This document shows, one piece after another, positions 58,128 through 64,000 of a stretch of 64,000 bases of DNA. Numbering within the stretch: the stretch's first letter is position 1; the number at the start of each line of letters is the position of its first letter. A program made the position numbers and the translations under genes. The DNA is from a virus. The stretch lies in the IMG/VR virus record IMGVR_UViG_3300005536_000001. The stretch is one strand, 5' to 3'. Below the pieces are notes generated by a model. That model had not been told where the DNA came from, did no database searches, and saw nothing but the letters and a program-made list of their open reading frames with translations.

Positions 58128-58136
58128 GAGCAAGCG

Positions 58137-59933
58137 TTGAGTCTTGATGAAGTCAAGGGCATTCATCTGATCGATAACATCGAGACCGCGTGGGAGTGTC
58201 AAAGATGGATGTCGACATGCGATGAAATTGCAGTCGACACCGAGGGCACCGGTTTGAACACACGTATCGATAAGGTACGTCTTCTCCAGTTCGGTGATCG
58301 ACAGACCGCGTATTGCATTCCCATCGACTTCCCCGGCTGGGGAGCATTCGGCGCAGACATGCTCAAGCGCTTTCAAGGAACGTACGTTGCGCACAACCTG
58401 ACGTATGATGCCGACATGATCCGTGGCACTCTTGGATACTCACTCCCAGAGTCCAGGTGTCATGACACTCGACTTATGTCGCACGTGCTCGAATCAACCG
58501 GCTCCACAGCACTCAAGACTCTTACTCGTCGTCTGGTCGATAGGCGCGCAGGCAACTTCCAGCATCAACTGGACGATGCGATGAAGGCAGGTGGCTGGAA
58601 CTGGGCCACCGTGCCGATCGATCTTGAAGCCTATTGGATGTATGGTGGGCTTGACACCATCCTCACCATGCAGCTCAAGGACGAGCTCTATCCACGGGTG
58701 ATGGCTGAGGCACCTAAGTCATACGAACTTGAACTTGCGGTGTCATGGGTCGCTCGACGCATGGAGAACAAAGGCGTCGTTGTCGATCGTGAGTACACGC
58801 AAAAGTTGATGGATGAACTCGATGCATATGTGAAGTCGGCCGAGAAGTGGTGTCATGACGTTCACGGCATCTCACCGGGTGCCAATGCAAAGGTCATCGA
58901 AAAGCTTCAGTCATTCGGAGTCGAGTTCACCAAGATGACCGGTGGTGGTCAATACTCACTAGACAAGGAGGTTCTCGAGAGCATTGACCACCCGCTAGCA
59001 GCAACTGTTCTCAACCGCCGGCGTGCGCAGAAGATGGTGTCGACCTACCTGGCAAACTATCTTACGATGTCGGAGTGGGATGGCAAGATCCATCCATCGA
59101 TCAACACCGTGGGTGGCACCGATAAGAACCCATTCGAGCCTGGTGGTGGCTCTGGTGTTCGCACGGGTCGCATGTCGATGAGTGACCCTAATCTACAAAA
59201 TGTCCCAATCAGGACTAAGTTCGGGCGAAAAATTCGCAACTGCTTCACTGCATCAATTGATCACCGGTGGGCCAAGGCCGACTTTGGGCAGATCGAAATG
59301 CGGGTCATGGCGCATATGTCCCAAGACCCGGGGATGATTGCTGCGTTTATGACGCCCGGTGACTTCTTCGTTAACATGGGTGTGCAACTTTTTCACGAGC
59401 CGAGTTTCACAAAGGCAGATCCTCGTAGGCAGCTGCTTAAGAACGGTGGCTATGCGAAGATCTATGGCGCAGGCATCCCGAAATTTGCTAAGACCGCAGG
59501 TGTGCCTGAAGATGAAGCCGGACAATTCATGCGGGACTTTGACAAAATGTACAGTCGAGTCCCCGAATGGATTAAGGAAGTTGAGAGTGAAGGCCGTGCC
59601 AATCTCAACTTGACCGGTGAAGCATTCGTGCGTTCACCACTCACTGGACGCAAGCACACTGCTGATGCAGGTAAGCTGTACACCTTGGTTAACTATGAAA
59701 TCCAGGGAACGGCAGGTGAGATTCTTAAGATGAAGATCGTGGAAGCTGATGCCGCCGGACTTGGGCCATACATGACAATTCCCGTGCACGACGAGATCGA
59801 CTTTGACATTCCTAATGATGATTTCGATGACGTCATGCACACCATTGAACTCGTCATGAATGATGATAAACTTCTCACAGTTCCCATTACCTCATCGATT
59901 GGCGTCGGGCAGCGTTGGGGAGAGGTAGAATAG
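58137..59933 (+). CDS. DNA polymerase I (family A) with 3'-5' exonuclease domain
   Basis: 598 aa with TTG start. Exo motif IAVDTEGTGL. Pol motifs ADFGQIEMRVMAH, RQLLKNGGYAKIYG, VHDEIDF. Confidence 0.9.
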   Translation: MSLDEVKGIHLIDNIETAWECQRWMSTCDEIAVDTEGTGLNTRIDKVRLLQFGDRQTAYCIPIDFPGWGAFGADMLKRFQGTYVAHNLTYDADMIRGTLGYSLPESRCHDTRLMSHVLESTGSTALKTLTRRLVDRRAGNFQHQLDDAMKAGGWNWATVPIDLEAYWMYGGLDTILTMQLKDELYPRVMAEAPKSYELELAVSWVARRMENKGVVVDREYTQKLMDELDAYVKSAEKWCHDVHGISPGANAKVIEKLQSFGVEFTKMTGGGQYSLDKEVLESIDHPLAATVLNRRRAQKMVSTYLANYLTMSEWDGKIHPSINTVGGTDKNPFEPGGGSGVRTGRMSMSDPNLQNVPIRTKFGRKIRNCFTASIDHRWAKADFGQIEMRVMAHMSQDPGMIAAFMTPGDFFVNMGVQLFHEPSFTKADPRRQLLKNGGYAKIYGAGIPKFAKTAGVPEDEAGQFMRDFDKMYSRVPEWIKEVESEGRANLNLTGEAFVRSPLTGRKHTADAGKLYTLVNYEIQGTAGEILKMKIVEADAAGLGPYMTIPVHDEIDFDIPNDDFDDVMHTIELVMNDDKLLTVPITSSIGVGQRWGEVE

Positions 59934-59935
59934 CA

Positions 59936-60439
59936 ATGACAATCATCAAACCTCTCGGCCTCATCATTGGTGTCGATCCGGGTACAAGCATGGGCATTCT
60001 TGCGCTTAAACTCCACAACACATACGCAGAACGCATACACTTCCTCCAGACTGACGTTTCGACGGCAGTAAACTGGCTGGAAGAGACACTCTACGCCATC
60101 AACAAGGGTCCAGAGGGTGTACTAATCGCTTGCGAGCGGTACACAGTAACTCCGGAGACCGGAAAGCGAACTCAGCAGCCAACCGCTCTCCAAGCGATTG
60201 GAAGCGTCAAAATTTTCGCTGAGCGGTTTAATGCCCGTCTCGTTATGCAGCCGCCTGCTGATGCAAAGAAGCTTGCGACAAATGAAATGCTCAAACGACT
60301 GGACTTCTACACCACGCCAAAGGAAGTCAACCTACCCGATGCAAACGACGTAAATGACGCAGGACGTCATGCGACACTTGCTCTCGCTCGCTTCAAAGCA
60401 TCCATCTTTGATGCAATGCTTGCCAATTCGGGTGTCTGA
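59936..60439 (+). CDS. RuvC-like Holliday junction resolvase
   Basis: ORF 59915..60439 trimmed to the ATG at 59936, which follows GGGGAGAGG. GLIIGVDPGTSMG and DANDVNDAGRHA motifs. Confidence 0.7.
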   Translation: MTIIKPLGLIIGVDPGTSMGILALKLHNTYAERIHFLQTDVSTAVNWLEETLYAINKGPEGVLIACERYTVTPETGKRTQQPTALQAIGSVKIFAERFNARLVMQPPADAKKLATNEMLKRLDFYTTPKEVNLPDANDVNDAGRHATLALARFKASIFDAMLANSGV

Positions 60440-60498
60440 CCGTCGTGTAATTGCTTGATAGATTCTCCTTAACACGGAATATCGGAAAGGACTATGAC

Positions 60499-60681
60499 AT
60501 GTCTGTCTCAGAAATGGTCACTGCCTGGATAGTTAGCTTGATTGCAGCATTCCTAGCGAATGCCATCGACAAGAAGTCGATCAACACATACTTCAATCGA
60601 ATTCACACCGGAGCCGACATCGAGTGGGCTGTGAGTCTTCGAGAATCAACAGGACGTCACGCACTTCGCGTCGTACGCTAG
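60499..60681 (+). CDS. small membrane protein
   Basis: ORF 60451..60681 trimmed to the ATG at 60499, which follows GGAAAGGA. TM helix VTAWIVSLIAAFLANAI. Confidence 0.45.
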   Translation: MSVSEMVTAWIVSLIAAFLANAIDKKSINTYFNRIHTGADIEWAVSLRESTGRHALRVVR

Positions 60682-60691
60682 GAGAACGTGA

Positions 60692-62620
60692 GTGCCGCTA
60701 GGTGACATTGGTGTTGACGAAAAAGGTAAGCAAGTAATTACCGTCACCACCGAGTGGAATGAAAAAGAATTGATCAAGAAAATCTCTGGTTGTCGGTGGC
60801 TCCCCATCAAGAAAATTTGGTGTGTTCCACCCACCTGGGCTTCTCTTGTGACACTTCGTGGTGTGTTCAAGGAGACGTTTACACTCACCCCAGCACTCAT
60901 CGACTGGGCCTGGGACATCCGTAGAAAGCGTATTGATCCGGCACTTGAGGTTCGTAACTTGCTTGAGTGGCCAGCGATCCCAGGCCTCGATGAGCACCTC
61001 TATCATTATCAAAGGGCTGGCGTCGAGTTCATGCGACGAGCGGGCTCTGGACTGCTTGGCGATGATATGGGTACAGGCAAAAGTCTTCAAACGCTAGCTC
61101 TTAATCTAGCGCATGAACACGAACGTAAAAATGCACTGCCTGCGCTTATCATTTGTCCTAACTCGGTAAAGCGACACTGGGTACGCGAAGTCAGCAAATG
61201 GATGCCCACAGCACACGTGTACAATGTTGAGGGCACCGCGGCGAAGAAGCGCGCGATCCTCAATGAAGCCAAGCAAAACCCGCATTGCATCGTGCTCATG
61301 AACATCGAGTCGGTGCGTTCGTTCACGCGTCTTGCCCCGTTCGGCTCAGTAAAGTTGAAGAAGTGTCGTACATGCGACCCAAAATTTGGTGACGTTAAGC
61401 TGACGACAGCACGGTGTGAAGTACACAAGAAGGAACTCAACGACTTCAACTTTGTCACTGTCACACTTGATGAAGCACATCGTGTGAAAGAACCGAAGTC
61501 TTTGCAAACACGTGCCATTTGGCATGTTATGCATCAGCCAGGTGTTGAGTATCGCTGGGCTCTTACTGGGACACCCGTTGCAAACCATCCGGGTGATCTC
61601 TGGTCCATCATGCACGCGGTGGCACCGGAAGATTTTCCAACTAAGTCCCAATTCGTGGAACGTTACTGCCTGGCTGCGTGGAACGCGTTCGGGAAACTCG
61701 ACATCATCGGCATCAATCCCGACACGCGTGAAGAGCTTTTCAAGCTCCTAGATCCTCGTTTTCGGCGAATGATTAAGGCTATCGTTCTCCCACAACTTCC
61801 ACCTAAGGTACGGCAGACACGGTACGTTGATATGGCTGCATCACAGTCGAAAATGTACGGTGAACTCAAGAGCCGCCTCATTACTCGAACACCTGATGGC
61901 GATCTCTTCATCGCACCATCACATCTTGAGGCATCACTTCGCTTGATGCAGGTCGCGTCATCGTCTGTGAAGATGGTAAAGCGTGACCCGGATGACATCA
62001 CGCAGTGGGATGTCATGCTCGCGGAACCGTCTCCCAAACTCGATGCATTCGAAGAAGTGCTTGAGGAGAAGGGCATCCTCTCACCGTCATACGACGGACC
62101 GCCTGTCATCGTCGCTGCTGAGTTCAAGCAACTGATTAACCTCGCAACGAAGCGTCTTGATAAGCTCGGTGTGCGGTACGCACTCATCACTGGTGATGTA
62201 TCACCACTTGAGCGAGAGCGTTCACTGGACGCGCTTCGTAAGAGACAGGTCAAGGTGCTTCTCTTCACGAATGCCGCAGGTGGTGTTGGTCTTGATATGA
62301 CCGCTGCTGACACACTCATCAACTTGCAGCGCTCGTGGTCTCTCGTGGCGGAGGTCCAGAAGGAAAGCCGCAACCACCGCATTGGCTCCGAAATTCACGA
62401 CTCGATTACGATCATCGACATTGTGATGAAGGACACGCTCGAGGAAGACCAGATTACAAAGCTTCACGAGAAGTTCAATCGACTTGATGAAATCACTCGT
62501 GATCGCGCGGCTCTACTTGCAGCGAACCCGCACGCCGACACATCTATCATCGATGCGCAAGAAGCGCTTGTCTTGAACACCCCGTTGGCGTCCATTCCGT
62601 ACGTCGGCGTCGACGAGTAG
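60692..62620 (+). CDS. SNF2-family helicase
   Basis: 642 aa. GTG follows GGAGAA. DDMGTGKSLQ, TLDEAHRVK, TGTPVANHPGDLWS, NAAGGVGLDMT, QKESRNHRIGS. Confidence 0.9.
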   Translation: MPLGDIGVDEKGKQVITVTTEWNEKELIKKISGCRWLPIKKIWCVPPTWASLVTLRGVFKETFTLTPALIDWAWDIRRKRIDPALEVRNLLEWPAIPGLDEHLYHYQRAGVEFMRRAGSGLLGDDMGTGKSLQTLALNLAHEHERKNALPALIICPNSVKRHWVREVSKWMPTAHVYNVEGTAAKKRAILNEAKQNPHCIVLMNIESVRSFTRLAPFGSVKLKKCRTCDPKFGDVKLTTARCEVHKKELNDFNFVTVTLDEAHRVKEPKSLQTRAIWHVMHQPGVEYRWALTGTPVANHPGDLWSIMHAVAPEDFPTKSQFVERYCLAAWNAFGKLDIIGINPDTREELFKLLDPRFRRMIKAIVLPQLPPKVRQTRYVDMAASQSKMYGELKSRLITRTPDGDLFIAPSHLEASLRLMQVASSSVKMVKRDPDDITQWDVMLAEPSPKLDAFEEVLEEKGILSPSYDGPPVIVAAEFKQLINLATKRLDKLGVRYALITGDVSPLERERSLDALRKRQVKVLLFTNAAGGVGLDMTAADTLINLQRSWSLVAEVQKESRNHRIGSEIHDSITIIDIVMKDTLEEDQITKLHEKFNRLDEITRDRAALLAANPHADTSIIDAQEALVLNTPLASIPYVGVDE

Positions 62621-62632
62621 GAGACACCACCC

Positions 62633-64000
62633 TTGTATGCAGCAGATGAACTCACTGGTGCACTCGTTCTTCAGGTGCGTACTCAACACAAGGTGTCACG
62701 TGCGAAGTTCAGCACTCTTGCTGGACTGACAGGAAAAAGTACAGCGCATCTCTACAACATCGAGACGAAAGACTCGTGGAAGCCAGGCGATCGTGATCGA
62801 GTTGCGCGTGCGCTCAATGACATCGTAGCGAACGGTCCGGCTGCAAAAGCACCACTTAAGACAACGGTGCCAAAGCCGCCGCCACCCCCTTCGGGCCCTA
62901 TCATGTTGTCCTCCCTGGACCTCCCTGACGACACCGAAGATACCCTGGCACAGGTATTGCCGGCTGAAGAAGGCGCACAGCTCTATCACTATGCTCTGCC
63001 CATTATTGACCCGTATCCAGAAGCCCAGGACGGTGTCTACCGAATCTCGAACTCCGAACTCCAGACATACAAGCGGTGTAAGCGTAAGTGGTGGCTTGGC
63101 TGGTACCGCGAACTCACGCTGAAGACCGAATCTTACACCGGAGTGCGCTCTACTGGCACACGCATTCACCGTGCATTGGCAGCGTGGTATGTTCCCGAAG
63201 GTGAGCAGCGAGTCGATCCACGTGATGCACTTGAACGTGTGATCGTCGAAGACTGGACGTCCATCAGGAACCTCGCCGCAGAGCGCGATGCCACCGATGA
63301 ACGTCTTGCTGAGTTCGCCACCGAGTTTTCAGCGAGTTGCAACCTCGAACGTGCAATGGTGGAGGGATACGTCCAGTGGCTTGAAGAGACTGGTGCTGAC
63401 TCAGATCTTCGCATCATCGCGTCAGAAACTCCACTCGTTGCGGACATCACCGTTCCAATGCGTGACACGAGTGATGAGCGCGAAGTGCAGCTGATCGGTC
63501 TTCTTGACACTCGTGCGTATCGTGTCACCGACGGTGTTCGCGTGTTCATCGACCATAAGACTGTGGGATCTCTGACCGCTCCCATTCTCACGCTTCCGCA
63601 AAACGAACAGATGCTCCACTATCACATCTTGGAAATGCTGGCATCAAAGGAAGGTGAAGAGCATTGTGATGGTGCTCTTTACAACATGCTTCGCCGTGTA
63701 AAGCGAAGTGCTAAAGCTAAGCCACCGTTCTACGATCGCATCGAGGTGAGGCACAACCCGTACGAACTCGAGTCCTATCGTCGTCGCTTGCTCGCAACAA
63801 CACGTGAGGTGCTTGAAACAATCGACGCCTTGGACCGCGGGCAACACCATCTCGATATTGTGTACCCGACGCCCAATGGCGATTGTTCTTGGTCGTGTGA
63901 TTTCTCGGCCATCTGCAATATGTTCGATGATGGATCCAGTGGAGCAAATGATATGCTTGATGCGCTCTACAAGAAGAACAACCCGCGTGATCGTTACGAT
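62633..64000 (+). CDS. Cas4/RecB-family PD-(D/E)xK exonuclease with N-terminal HTH-like region; 3' end beyond window
   Basis: Open to the window end so absent from the ORF track. TTG at 62633 follows GGAGA. ISNSELQTYKRCKRKWWLGWY, IDHKT, and a C-terminal CSWSCDFSAIC iron-sulfur-type Cys cluster. Confidence 0.7.
   Translation, partial: MYAADELTGALVLQVRTQHKVSRAKFSTLAGLTGKSTAHLYNIETKDSWKPGDRDRVARALNDIVANGPAAKAPLKTTVPKPPPPPSGPIMLSSLDLPDDTEDTLAQVLPAEEGAQLYHYALPIIDPYPEAQDGVYRISNSELQTYKRCKRKWWLGWYRELTLKTESYTGVRSTGTRIHRALAAWYVPEGEQRVDPRDALERVIVEDWTSIRNLAAERDATDERLAEFATEFSASCNLERAMVEGYVQWLEETGADSDLRIIASETPLVADITVPMRDTSDEREVQLIGLLDTRAYRVTDGVRVFIDHKTVGSLTAPILTLPQNEQMLHYHILEMLASKEGEEHCDGALYNMLRRVKRSAKAKPPFYDRIEVRHNPYELESYRRRLLATTREVLETIDALDRGQHHLDIVYPTPNGDCSWSCDFSAICNMFDDGSSGANDMLDALYKKNNPRDRYD

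Noticed and set aside
61663-62382. 239 aa minus-strand ORF
   Set aside because: It is antisense to the SNF2 helicase, whose motifs are unambiguous.

Overview
The window looks like a 64 kb stretch of a dsDNA actinobacteriophage-type genome. Supporting signals are GGAGG/AGGAGAG ribosome binding sites, frequent GTG/TTG starts, ATGA/GTGA-coupled genes, lipoboxes and an LAxTG sortase signal. No integrase, rRNA or CRISPR array was seen.

Positions 1-48783 are transcribed leftward on the minus strand. In transcription order this arm holds:
- a primase/helicase (46420-48783) and an iteron-rich, origin-like gap (45950-46419);
- about 90 small early genes (16197-45949), including ThyX, a secreted GH5-like hydrolase, lipoproteins, LuxR-type HTH proteins and many micro-membrane proteins;
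- a holin-like gene, followed by a six-gene sugar activation/glycosyltransferase cluster (11164-15974);
- a GH25 muramidase and an amidase;
- terminase large subunit, portal, a 1363 aa MuF-repeat-ADP-ribosyltransferase fusion, a 2H phosphoesterase, and the start of the prohead protease.

Positions 49048-64000 are transcribed rightward on the plus strand. This arm holds a lipoprotein, RtcB RNA ligase, an LAxTG surface protein, a tRNA/tRNA-like cluster and a pyrimidine-modification-like module (Tmk-UDG-like fusion, ThyA-like enzyme with Asp at the base-specificity position, dCMP deaminase). These are followed by DNA polymerase I, a RuvC-like resolvase, an SNF2 helicase and a Cas4-type exonuclease that is cut at the window end.

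The most unusual observations are:
1. Ten canonical type II hammerhead ribozymes, plus one core variant, sit exactly in intergenic spacers of the early operons. Some bracket unit-length gene cassettes of about 250 nt.
2. The same genome encodes RtcB and a 2H phosphoesterase, enzymes that act on the RNA ends a hammerhead produces.
3. Two tRNA-like modules have permuted topology: the acceptor stem is closed by a loop and the module is open at the anticodon loop. They lie about 3 kb downstream of rtcB.
4. Other intergenic gaps carry a family of about 18 near-identical sigma-70-like promoters with a conserved leader.

All functions were assigned by motif recognition without database searches. Start codons of small genes are provisional.
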